From contig CM097882.1 in NCBI GenBank assembly GCA_044892505.1, positions 349,494,001 to 349,558,000 on the forward strand: 64,000 nt of DNA, in the 5' to 3' direction. The notes under the pieces were generated by a model. It searched no databases, was not told where the DNA came from, and saw only the letters and a program-made list of their open reading frames with translations. Source of the stretch: Schmidtea nova. Taxonomy: Eukaryota. The translations under genes were made by a program, and so were the position numbers. Position 1 is the first letter of the stretch; the number at the start of each line of letters is the position of its first letter. This document shows, in pieces, positions 52,100 through 64,000 of this stretch.

Positions 52100-52395
52100 T
52101 ATATTCTGTCGAATGCGAATTTGAAAACAATAAGGTCGACATCAGAAATCTAAAAGAGAGTGAGGAAGACAAACTTTTGGCTCGCAATCGAAGGAAGCCT
52201 TCCTATCCTGATCAATACGAGTTAGATTCGTCTTACTGATCACGGGGGAATGTGATAATTAAATTAATTCAGATATTAAATTTAACTAAAGAAAAAAGAT
52301 TTGTTAATATCGAATGATTATCAAAGAAAAGCAGAATTTTAAAAAGAATCGTGTAATAGAAATAAATATTAAATAGCGAGTTTTATTTCATCACA
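52100..52395 (+). mobile_element. 3' end of a short-LTR Gypsy element: pol tail, PPT and 145-bp LTR (52251-52395)
   Basis: ARNRRKPSYPDQY resembles QRNRYVPVYLQDY of the 63-kb element. Identical atcacgggggaa|tgtgataattaa junction; the LTR ends in atcaca. Confidence 0.75.
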
Positions 52396-54426
52396 TATTC
52401 TTGTAAATTATTAATGAGAAAGTATAATTAAAGGTATTTATTAAATGAAATTTTTTGTTTCAACAATATAAAAATCACCGAAAAATCAAGTTTGAATTTA
52501 AGAAACCAAAAACATAAAAAAGAATGTGGAAATTTAAATAAGAAATATTGACTTAAAAATTAATTGTAATAAATTAATAATTTAATTTTATCAAAAATTA
52601 AAATGTATTTATAATACAGTTTTTATTAATTTTTTTAAAAATTATTATATTATATTATAAAGTTTTATATTTTTATCAAAAATATTTCTAATTTTGATGT
52701 TTTAATATATTTTTTTATATTTTGAAATTAAATATAAAAATAAAAATAGAATTAATATAAAATTGTAGATATATAAAAATAGACAACGTATTTGTTAGAA
52801 TTGAAAATATTATATTTTTATAAAGATGTGAGCCTTTATTTTGTTTTTCTATTTCTATATTTTAATTAAATTTTAAAGAAACAAATACAATGTACCAACT
52901 AATAACAAAAACAATATAAAATCAAATTTGAATAACTATTGTTATCTTTCATTTTGTTTGGGGAATTTAAACACAATAGGTAATATTTGTAAAATTATTA
53001 TTATGATATAAATATTATGATAATAATATCCGACAAATAACTATAAGTGGGAATTTAAATAATGATTTAGTAAAACAATTTCAATAATTTTGTTAGCCAT
53101 TATATTTTAGGGAAGTTTCCTCACACAAATAATATTAAATTTATTAAAATAAAATAAAATGTTCCTTTTTTATTTAAATTTTTAAATAGAAATTGAAATT
53201 AGTGTTTCAATGAAAATTTAAGAAAGATTTAACCTCTCCAATTCGTAAATATTTTTGAATTTCTTCTACCTGAATTAATATGTAAATTTATACCTGAAAT
53301 CTTTTATGAAAAATATTTTACTTCCGCAGATTTATATCTGATTTGGATGTTTTGCGGCATATTACAGAAGGTTTTTCGATTGATTTGTTGAAGATATTTT
53401 AACGAATTTTTTATGTAAAACTCCAGTGAAGCATGACATTATTTATTTTTCTTATGTCTTTTCTAAAAGTAATTTTTAGATATGTTCTCGACACATACTT
53501 AAATGAAATTCGTTTTTAATATTATCACAATATAAAGAAATAAATTAAATAAAAATAAAAATTTTATTTTACAAAGTGGTTTATATTTAATGGCCGAATT
53601 TTAAAAATAAATAAAATTTGCAATTTTTTTTAAAAATAAATTTCACATGTAATTTTACATAAAATTTCAAAACAGAAATAACACTATACTTTACATTAAA
53701 ACAAAATGTTTTAATAATTAAAATTAAAATTTTCTTTACTTTTAAATAAAATAGTATAAAATAGTATAAATAAAATAGTATAATAAAATAGTAAACGAAA
53801 GCCATTTTGAACAATGAAAGATTTTTTGGAAAAGACTTACTGCTTCATTAATTAAAAAATTATTATTTTCATTTAAAATTGGAGAAAATCTCGTCACTGC
53901 TAGAAAATATAATCGCATCACTGCAATTAAATAAAATCATAATCTATCATTAAAATCTTTCATTTTCTTCATCTTTTATTTTCGTTTTGTTTATTTTCAT
54001 ATTTGCTGAATTAATGAGTTTTATTTCACCGTGTCAATTTTTTGAAAATTATTTCCAAAAATTATTTTAATTGTATTTTAGTTGAAATAAAAATTTTATT
54101 TGGCTAGTTTGTAATTTTTGAATTCACGTTTCATTCTTATTTTAAATTATTGATAATTTCAAGGAATAATATATTCTAACTAAGTATAATTAAATTAAAT
54201 TGTAATTTTTGAAGAATTTAATGTATGTTATCTTTATATGTACACATATTTAAAGGTATTAATATCAAATATGGATTATGATTAAATTAAGGTTATTTAA
54301 ATATGACTTATAATAAATAATCAATATAGAAATTCTAAAATCCAGCCTCAAATTATTTGTTTGAATGTTACAATTTAGCAGTTTTTTTTATTAATAAAGT
54401 TTATTAAATTGAATCGTTATTTTTAA

Positions 54427-55735
54427 CAACGCGGCTTAGGAGCGATGCAGATATGGTAAATGCATAGGGCGGCATGAGTAATGGGCAGCAAATTGACCAA
54501 CACTTGTGTTACGTTTTTTAAAATTTTATTTAAATAATTAAAAAAAATATTAAATATTAAAAAATGTTGTAATTTATATTAATGATTTGACTGATTTTAA
54601 CATGAATTTGTATACAAAATATACATAAGGCTAGATATCTGTAATATTTTGCATATCTTTAGCTGTTTCCAAGTTTTTCCTTCGATATGGTTTGAGTTTG
54701 AGCTAAAATTTTAGGCATTCAAATAGTTTTTTGAAACTTGATTTATTTCAAATCAAAAAGAAAATTAATATTGACTATTTAAAAAAGTACAGAACAGATT
54801 ATAAATTTAATAAAGTTATTGAAGAAGCCAAAAAAATTTCACTAGAATTAGAAATTGAGCCAGAGCTTGAACAAATAAGAAATCGTCGCAGGAGAAGGCA
54901 ATTTAATTATGAGCATCCAGAAGAAGTAATAAATGATGAAGCACAAAATTTTAAGAATATTTTTTTTAATAACATCCTTGATCAAGCAATTGTGTCATCA
55001 AATGATGGGCTTACGTTAATTCAGGAGCACAATAAAAATTTTAACTTCATTTAAAATTTAAATGCAGAAATGAGTGATGAAGAGCTTCGAAAAAAGTGTA
55101 TGGATTTCGAAATTTTGCTCGCAGATGGTGATCAAAAAGATATATCCGGTTCCAATTTATACGATGAATTAAGGTTTTTAAGAAATAATATCAAAGAATC
55201 CTGCTACACTTCTTCAAAGATATTGGAATATTTATACTCAAATAATTTAGCATCATCTTTGGCCAATGTTTTTATAGCCCTAAGAATTTTTTTAACTTTG
55301 CCGACATCAGTAGCTAGCGCTGAAAGGAGCTTTTCAAAATTAAAACTAATTAAAACCTATATACGTTCTACGATGAGACAAAACCGGTTAGATGCACTGG
55401 CCACTTTATCAATTGAACACGAAATTGACAAAAATTTAGATGAAGAGGAATTAATTGACAGGTTTGCAACTATAAAAGCTCGAAAGATTAGTTTTTAACT
55501 CAACATACTAACAGCAGTGAGTATATCTTATGATTTGGAAATTTCTAGAAGATTAGATTGCTAAATTATGATTTTCTTTTTTATAGGTTTTATTGTTAAT
55601 GGATTAAATGAATTCTTAAATAATAAATAAAAGTAATGCACTCTTAAATATTAAATAAATATATTTTTTCATACATTTTTCTCAGTATTTTTATTATTAA
55701 AAAGTTTAAGAAATAATATTGGGGCGGGAAAATTT
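54427..55735 (+). mobile_element. Internally deleted hAT (Tip100/ZMYM1-like) with C-terminal dimerisation domain
   Basis: ORFs 54731-55054 and 55070-55498: LRIFLTLPTSVASAERSFSKLKLIKTYIRSTMRQNRL...FATIKARK. GC-rich gcggcttagg...agggcggca terminal motif. Confidence 0.85.
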
Positions 55736-55740
55736 GTGAA

Positions 55741-55935
55741 CACACACATACATCAAAATATAATCCTTAGGAGCTTGTTGCTAAGGTTAAAACGCGCGTT
55801 AGCATGGAGTCCATTGAAACCTGTAGTTAACGTAAACACACACATTAATATATAATAACCAACGATAAATGTTGTTAAGGTTAACACACACATCAATATA
55901 TAATCCCCGATGCTAATGTTGCTAAGATAAAACAC
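55741..55935. repeat. Three degenerate ~49-bp repeats (acacacatcaatatataat...tgttgctaaggttaa)
   Basis: Directly visible. One unit carries a GC-richer insert. Confidence 0.7.
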
Positions 55936-56539
55936 ACTCCCCATTAATTATTACCCGTACCAAGTAACACACGATAATATGTTTTTTATTTAATTGAATG
56001 ACCCCTTTCTTGTTTTAATTAAGTAACTAACATTTCAAATAGCTGCTTCGCATATTTTTAACCGATAACTTTCGATAAATAATTTAATTTTAGTTAAATG
56101 AACTTTATAAAAGTGAGTGTGTGAACTATGAAAACGAATGAAATGAATGTGAGAATAATGAGAGTATTCTAAAAATATAAATATGATTCAACAGAGGGGA
56201 ACTACATGAGCTGATGAAATTAATTTTTTTATTTGTAAACAAAAATAACTATTTTTATATTAAATAAAAACGACTGAAATAAATCATAAAAATTTTTATA
56301 CTATTCAGGATCAAAAATCCAAACCATAAAATCAGATCGAGTCCAATCTTAATAACACATCAAATTTTTGAAAATAATTAAACATAATAGTCTAAAGAAA
56401 TATAAAACTAAATACAATGAAACCAATTATTTTTAACAAAGTTTTATGCATTAAAAATCTAAATTTGAAAAATAATTTGAATTGAGAACTGGATCTGAAA
56501 CTGAAACACAAATCTGATCTTTTGATTGGTAACGACTTA

Positions 56540-57915
56540 GGTCTCATTATAATGTAAGACTTTCATTTCCCCCCACCCAAAGCCTTTTATTATCCAAGTT
56601 CGTTAAGGTTACTTTATGGTTCTTTTTAGTAAATAATTGATGACTGTTGCTAACTCTTCGTGACTGAGCAACAGAAACCGTTGAATTATTATAATAACAA
56701 TCCAGGTACGACTGATGTTTCAAGTAAGTACTCTTCAATGTTATACAGATAGTCTTAATGCTCTCTTTTCACCTAAAAGATTACAACACTTGGGCCTAAG
56801 AAAAGCCCACTCCTTGTGCTCAAGTTCTTTATTATCCTCTTTGAATTTTTCATTGACAGAATCAAGGTTTTTCGAGTACAAGGGATGATTTGAATTATAA
56901 TTCGATGAATCTAATAACCGAACAAAAGAGCCGAACAAAGAGTTTCCAACTTACAATTCTTAACCTCCATGAAGAAAGAGTCAGTATCACCAGAAACTCT
57001 ATTAATCTCGCAGTTGTATTCATTACAATATTGTTGTGATTCTTCATACTGGAGTTGATACATTTTAAGTTTAGATAGATCTAGTACAGTTTGATCAATG
57101 TAGCTGGGTCTATCTAAACACAAATAATCATTATTAAGAAGCACAGAGATAAGATCGTCGTCAATTTGTTAAGTTTTACAAAAAGGTTTTACAACGGTTT
57201 TCCCATAAAGACTATTATTTAAAAGTTTGTAATAGTTCTTATCTAAGCTGTAGAAGAAGCTGTCCAAAATTGAATGTTTGTGTCAATGATTTTCTTTAAA
57301 AATGGGTTTTTGATTGTACTAAACAGCCCAATGAACTCGTGTTATTTTAACACCCAAAGAAAGAAAATGCTTGAGAAGTCTCCAATGAACAACATAGTTG
57401 AACTTGAGATAATGCGTAAGCATCAGCTTCTCAACTTTTGAACCCGGAGCACACATTCTCTCTGCTGCAATCGGGAAATCATTTAATTTAACTTGAATTT
57501 CTGAAGGGATTTTAAGATCCACTTTAAAAGTCACACTTTATGTTAAAATAGCCAAATCGACATCCATTGATTTGTTTAATTAATTTAATTCATCTTTATT
57601 GATAATCCAAGAAAACTCACTATAAGGTAATTTTTGGCCAAAAGCCCACCCGTACAAATTAATAATATCTATATACAAAAGTTCAGTTATTCTGGAGGAT
57701 ACTACATGATGCTTGACAAATGTAAAACCACCACGGATCTCCGCTTCGAAAACATTATAAATCTCCATATCCTGGAGCAACTCAAGGCAATGAACGCAGA
57801 AGCCCACGACATACCTGGTTATCAAAAAATATTCAAAGGCTCAAGTCTATTTCCCTAAACTGATGAAAGAAATTGGCAAGAAGAAACACGCCAAGTTTAA
57901 GATAAACCTCTGCCA
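56540..57915 (-). pseudogene. Polinton/Maverick-type protein-primed PolB remnant, copy 2
   Basis: YLKLGVFLLANFF, PGMSW, EAEIRGG, DIINLYG, LDRPSYI...LDLSKLKMY, GDTDSF, KFKED, FLRPKC, LTNLDNKR; many frameshifts. Confidence 0.88.
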
Positions 57916-58186
57916 CTTAATCGATTAATTTGGGCAGATTTAGTTAAAACAAAATGGATTTCATTAACTTTGTTAATAACTCAATTACTTTCCTTTTCAT
58001 TAATTAAAGATATTTTTTCATTTAAAAGAATAATACCCTCATCTTAAAAGATATTACCCATTGGTCTTGTAGAGTTTGAAATGATGAATGATTGAAATTC
58101 ACGATCTTTTTCAAACTGTGCGTCAATACATAATTGTATTTTGATAGATTCATCTCTTTAATAACAGTATTTAATTTATTAATTAA

Positions 58187-59560
58187 ATAATGTTATCTAT
58201 GTCGTGGGCTACTGCGCTTATTACCTTGGATGAACCTATTGAGTTGCTCCAGGATATGGAAATTTATAATGTTTTAGAAGCGGACATCCGTGGTGGTTTG
58301 ACATTTGTCAACAAGCATCATGTAGTATCCTCCGGAATAACTGAATTTTTGTATATAGATATCCTTAATCTTTACGGATGGGCTTAATTTAAAAATTACC
58401 ATATAGTAATTTTAATTGGATCGCTGACCAAAATAAATTAAAATTAATTTATTAAATTAATGGATGGCGATTTGGCTATTTTAACCTATGACGTGACTTT
58501 TGAAGTGGATCTTGAAATCCCTTCAGAAATTCACGATACATTAAATAATTTACTCGTGGCAGCAGACAAAATCTGTGCTCTGGGTTCAAACGTTGAGAAG
58601 CGGATGCTTACGTATTATCACAAAATTGAACAATGTTGTTCATTGGAGGCTTCCCAAGCTTTTTTTCTTTCGTTAGGTGTTAAAATAACTCGAATTCATT
58701 GGGCTGACAGTAATAGCAGAAACCCATTTTTAAAAATTATATTGACGCAAATACTCAACTTAGGGAAGCTTCTTCTACGGCTTTAAATAAAAATTATTAT
58801 AAACTTTTAAATAATAGTCTCTGTGGAAAGACTAGAGAATCAAAAGAAACGACTCAATTTACTACTATGTAATTCAGTGTCAAAACTGATTGCATATACT
58901 TCCAAACCTACCTTTAGAAAATTTTATAAGATTTATGTTGACTTAAATTCTGTAATGCTTGATAAGGGCTCTGTATGTTTAGATAGACCTAGCTACATTG
59001 GTCAAACTGTACTGGATCGTTCTAAACTTAGAATGTATCAACTCTAGTATGAAGAATTACAACAATATCGTAATGAATTCAACTTCCAGATTAATATAGT
59101 ATCTGGTGATTTAGACTCTTTCTACTTGGAGGTTAGAAATTGTAAATTAGGTCTTTTTTCTCTGCTACGGTTAGAGATATGTTATTCGACACTTCCAATT
59201 ATGACCCAAATCATCCCTTGTACTCGAAAAACCTTGATTCTGTCATGAGAAAATTCAAATACGAGAAAAATGGACTCAAGTAAAAGGAGTGGGTGTTTCT
59301 AGACCTAAATGTTATTTAGTCTTTTCGGTGAAATGAGAGCATTAAGGCTAAGGGTATAACATTGAAGGATACTAAACTGAATCATCAGTCGTATCTGGAT
59401 TGTTATAATAATAATTCAATAGTTTCTGTTGCTCAGTCAAGAATAGTTAGTAAGAATCATCAACTATTTACTAATAAATATTCTAAGATTGCCTTGACTA
59501 ATCTTGATGACAAAAGACTTTGGGTGGGAAAAATAAAAGTCTTATGGACATTATAGGGGA
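58187..59560 (+). pseudogene. Polinton/Maverick-type PolB remnant, copy 3 (inverted relative to copy 2)
   Basis: MSWATAL, EADIRGG, DILNLYG, YYKLLNNSLCGKT, LDRPSYIG, GDLDSF, FLRPKCY, KAKG, ALTNLDDKR. Confidence 0.88.
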
Positions 59561-60093
59561 ATTTGTGTAGTTATGAAGATGCGTGAAGAAGAGGTTTTTA
59601 ATACTAAAACAATAAATTTATTTTATTAAACATTTGCCTCCCCACGCCATGGTGCAATTATTTTCAATTTACATTTGTGAAAGGAAAGATTTTTTCTAGT
59701 CTTCATTTATCGTGTTTATTCTTTTTAAATGTAATTAATATTTTTAAACGCGCTTATTATAAAATGTACATATAATGATCTTTTTAGGGTTTTCCTTTGG
59801 TGTTCATTAATAAAGGTTTATAGGTCTATGTTAATATGAATTTATTTAGCGAATACCGAAGTACGTCTAAGGAGTCATTTGGTCATTTGAATAAAAACGA
59901 AGGACTAATACTATCCTTTAAACGCCAAAGTCACAATTCTACTTACATCACTGCAAGACAGCCCCTTTGAGTTTTAATTGACTTTGTTAATAAACTCTTT
60001 TTTTATTTTATTTTTCCTGCTACACGACTGTTCTTTGAAATGTTTTAATTGTTATTGAAAATTATCAAAATTTTATTTATTTAGATCTCAGAA

Positions 60094-61191
60094 ATGACAT
60101 TAATGACACAAGATGGCAGTCAAGTGGCTGCAACTTTAATTATGCTCTCTGTGATTTGTGTGATCGGCGGTCTTGGGAACGGCTTGGTAATTATTGTTTA
60201 TACAAGGAAGCACGACCATTTGACAACGACTCTATTCATTAATATTCTCGCCATTACAGATTGTTTTACTTGTATAACTATTATCCCGATGACTATATAC
60301 ATTGAGTACTGGGAATGGGGAATTTCTAGTGATGTCCTCTGTAAATTATATTATTTTTTCAATAATTGTACGATTCCATTCAGTGCCTTTCTTATAAGTC
60401 TAATTGCCATTGACAGATACATTTGCATTTGCCATCCGTTTAATAAATTTATGACTCTTTTCAAGTCAAAGGTTTCAGTGGGTTTAGTATTAGCTGTTTC
60501 TGTTTTGTTGGGTATATCATCAATTTTTCAAGTGAAAATAATCCAAGGAAACCATTCAAATGATTTGACCAATTCCTACGAGTGTGCAGATGTTTCAAAA
60601 ATAATGAATGCCACAACGCCAGAAAAATTCTTTTTTAATATTGTCCAAAAAAGTCAACTAATTAGCTACACGATTTGCATAGTGTTGGTGATATGTCTCT
60701 ATGTGGCGATCTATTGTAAAGTTCTCCAGACAAGAAGAAAGAAGTTTATACTCAAAGGCCACAAAAATGCAAAAAAACCGTCGTATTTATGGGAAAGTAA
60801 ATCAAATTTGACAAATGTTCCAGATTTGGAGGAAAATCCTATCAAGTTACCGGATTGTGATATAATGTTGTCATCTTCAAAGTCAACACCAAATTCCAAA
60901 AGTTTCCTCACCGTACCGAAACCTGAACATCGCCGGATGTCCCTGAGAAGCATCTGTGACACACAAATATTTCAAAACTTTCGCACTGCGGCAATGCTAT
61001 CTGTCGTAGCGCTAATGTATATAATATCCTTTTTACCTGCGTTTGTCATGTTAAACGAACTTACCAAATTTTATATTCCGCTATTCTATATGTATTACTT
61101 GAACAATGCTGCTAATCCAATCATATATTGTTTTATGAATGTCCGCTTTCGGGAGGATATTAAAGCGATTGTAGAAGCTTTTAAAAAATAA
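60094..61191 (+). CDS. Class A (rhodopsin-like) GPCR, neuropeptide-receptor type, single coding exon, 365 aa
   Basis: Seven hydrophobic segments; TM1 GN, TM2 LAITD, TM3 C...DRY, ECL2 Cys (YECAD), TM6 SFLP, TM7 NPIIY + helix 8 (NVRFR). A tttttag acceptor lies 9 nt upstream of the ATG. Confidence 0.93.
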   Translation: MTLMTQDGSQVAATLIMLSVICVIGGLGNGLVIIVYTRKHDHLTTTLFINILAITDCFTCITIIPMTIYIEYWEWGISSDVLCKLYYFFNNCTIPFSAFLISLIAIDRYICICHPFNKFMTLFKSKVSVGLVLAVSVLLGISSIFQVKIIQGNHSNDLTNSYECADVSKIMNATTPEKFFFNIVQKSQLISYTICIVLVICLYVAIYCKVLQTRRKKFILKGHKNAKKPSYLWESKSNLTNVPDLEENPIKLPDCDIMLSSSKSTPNSKSFLTVPKPEHRRMSLRSICDTQIFQNFRTAAMLSVVALMYIISFLPAFVMLNELTKFYIPLFYMYYLNNAANPIIYCFMNVRFREDIKAIVEAFKK

Positions 61192-63039
61192 AATAATTTA
61201 ATTTTTGTGATAAAAAATATTTCCGTAATAGAATAATTATTATTTTCAAGTATTCATTTAAGAAAATTTAAATTTGTAATTAGCATTTGTAATTAATTAT
61301 TTTTTTTTAAATTGAAAAAAAAATGAAAAAGATGAAAAATGCATGAGCAAAGATGAATCCTATAATTTTAAAGAGATGATGGAGATAGAAGATTTAATGG
61401 GAAAAATATAAATAAATTAAATAATAAATTGGAATTTCTTAGATGTTAATATTTTTTTCTTTATGGAAAATGAAATCAGAGTTTGACAAAAATAATAAAT
61501 ATATTTATATTTGCTTATTGAGTGATATCACTGAAAGCGGGTAAGATTGTTGGTCTAGCTCACAGAACCAAAATTATTAATAATACACATGATAATAAAA
61601 GCTAAGTTTAACGTAGTTAAAATTGCCAGTTATTTTCAACAAAAAAGTACAAGATAATAAAGCTAAAAATGGTAAGCCTTCTCCGTAGTTTTTATTTCAA
61701 TGAAACATTTCAATCGAATAAAGATCATAATCACTAGAATACGAAATTTTTTTCAATTGACTTTCACTTCTTCCTGCTTTTATTCCTTTTACTTTCAAAA
61801 AATACCTAAGTATGGAGATATATTTATATAAAAAAAATTGAAGATGTTTGATTAATTGATCAAAGAATTTGGAATAGTATTCTAGAATTGAAGATTCAAA
61901 GGTATACCATCTGGTCTATGTATTATCTATGATTGGATTGCTTGTGTGTAGAGTAATAAGTAATAAGTATAAAGTTTAATATTGTTAAATCAATATTTCG
62001 ATTTAATGACGAGATTGACATTTTTCTGATTTTTCTTCTTATTCTATTGTATATAAATTAATTAGTGTTGTTGTTATAATTTCAAAATTTTTTTATTGCT
62101 TTTTGCGTTGTTCTTGTTTATTTTTCAAACGTCATGGGCGAAATGCCACATACCTTGGAAAGACTTGCATGTACTCGAGTTTCAGAGCATAGTAAATTAA
62201 TGGAAATGAGCGTTGTTCTCAATCATATTGATGTTTATGAATATGAGAAGATCAGAATGTTTAGTGCCTGTGCTTATCTATATTTTGAGATTTAATTAAA
62301 TTAACTGATGTGATTGTTAGAGATTTTTATATTATTCTTTTGATCTTTTTTCTATACTCGTTTAATTTTCAAATGTCATGGGAGAAATTCTGCATACTTT
62401 TCAGAATATTGGCCGTTTGATGGGTTTGTTCTTCAATTATACTGTTGTTTATAAATATAAAAATATTTATAAAATATTCTTAGGGATAATATGTTTTTAA
62501 ACATATGGCTTTTAAAGATTAATTTATTTAATTTGTGAAAGAATATTTGTCGTTTTAAAAGTTTTGATTATTTTATAAAATTTTATATTACATTTTTTAA
62601 AAAGTTATGATTATTTCTTTTAAAATCTATATATTTATTTGATTTATATTGAAATGTTTGACTGAAAACCATCTGATGATGAGAAGGAGTTTCTCAAAAT
62701 ATATTGTGTGGAATATAATTTTGGATTGTCTTTTATTATTTCAGTGCCTTGTTTTTTGTGTTATCTATTGAAGATAAATAATTAAGATTTGTTTACATTT
62801 TAAGATTAAAGTCAGTATTAAGTTAAATGATGAAGTGAAAAGTTACTTGGCAAGAATTTCGTTGTAGACTGATCAAGATCAATTACAAATTGAAAATTTG
62901 CATTTAAATAAACATTACAGAGAAGGCTGACCCTTTCTTACTTCATTATTATAATTTAATAATATTCCGCAATTGCCAAACAATAAAAGTTTTATATTTT
63001 TATTTTTAATATCAGTTTTATTTATCGAAACAGAAAGTT

Positions 63040-64000
63040 TGTGAAATATATGTCAATAGCATTTTTGGGCATGCCTGAATTCGAACGCACAAGAATGACT
63101 TTATTATGAATTCATAAAATTAACAATAACATTTTTTACATTATTCAAACAAACATAATAATTAATTATCACATTCCCCCGTGATGTCAACATCATCGTC
63201 AAGCGCGTCGTCGCCGAGAATATAATCTTGTAGGTATACTGGTACGTATCGGTTTCTTTGTTGCCTATCGGTTGACATTTCAGTCTTAGGTTGACCATTA
63301 TTTTCAAAAGTTTGCTCTTCTCCCGTCGTGTCAGTCGGCTCAACCTGTCTGATGTCAGCTATGTGCCTGGGGACACAATCCACCTCGATATTCGTGGTTG
63401 AGTGAACGTTTGTTACGGTACCCTCCGTCCAAACACTTGTACATCTTGCATTCGACGGCTTACAGAATACCTTGTCTCCTCTAGCACGACTCAGAATTTC
63501 GTCATTCCCGATTTCCACTTCTTGCATATCTTTCCAGTAGTATGTAAATAGTTGTCGCGAAGGCGCTTCAAAGTCGCCATTGGAGCTCAAGTTGAACCAG
63601 TAAACCATGTCAAGTGGGTCCCCTTCCGTCCGGGCCGCCATTCTCTTCACGGTTCTGTGGTTCCTCTCAACAATTCCGTTTCCCGATATTCGGTAAGCGC
63701 ATCGAAAAATACTACCAACACCCCACTTTGCACATAATTCCTCTAATTGACGAGACCTAAATGAACTGCCATTATCCATGAGCAGCTGGCACGGAGGTCC
63801 GCGTTCTCTGAATATTTGTTCACAGATTCTAGTAATGGTCACAGCATCCTCGTTTCAAATCTCTCTCCATATTGCGAATCTACTCGGTCCGCAGTCGATA
63901 CACATCAAATAACGCTTATTCCGGTAGAGTGTCACGTCTAAAGCTAATTTGGTCCAATTACACTTCACCGCCAAATTTCCATGTTTCCATCTTACAGGTG
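63040..64000 (-). mobile_element. 3' end of a Gypsy/Ty3 LTR retrotransposon: integrase, PPT and 134-bp 3' LTR (63040-63173)
   Basis: Integrase LALDV...LLMDNGSSF...SGNGIVERNHRTVK (DD35E). PPT gggggaa at 63174-63180. LTR TGTGA...TCACA with internal AATAAA. Confidence 0.92.

Noticed and set aside
62122-62420. Short direct repeat (ttttcaaa.gtcatggg.gaaat, 245 bp apart) and a 53-aa ORF with a BC-box-like PHTLERLACTRV
   Set aside because: Too short and degenerate to support a gene call without a profile search.

Overview
Very AT-rich metazoan genomic DNA with several N-gaps, many of them next to repeats or microsatellites. The only recognisable host gene is an intronless class A (rhodopsin-like) peptide-receptor-type GPCR (60094-61191, +). 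The rest is a nested transposon landscape. It includes two apparently intact DNA transposons: a Mutator/MULE (10791-13739) and a hAT (20475-23424), each with TSDs and an unbroken ORF. A full-length but disrupted pogo DD35D element lies at 43233-45753. There are also remnants of mariner, Tigger, two piggyBacs, two more hATs and short-LTR Gypsy elements, two related long LTRs (6344-7677, 30552-32221), three decayed Polinton/Maverick-type PolB copies, a 13-bp minisatellite and a Penelope-like element (PLE) family. Two RNA-level signals stand out. First, a ~105-nt structure near the 3' end of both long LTRs is conserved with 7 compensatory base-pair changes and conserved loops, and I cannot match it to a known RNA family. 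Second, about 10 copies of a minimal U3-A8 hammerhead ribozyme motif occur in PLE terminal repeats, both flanking a GIY-YIG-only ORF and as stand-alone ~200-bp head-to-head palindromes. All family assignments come from motifs read by eye; no searches were run.
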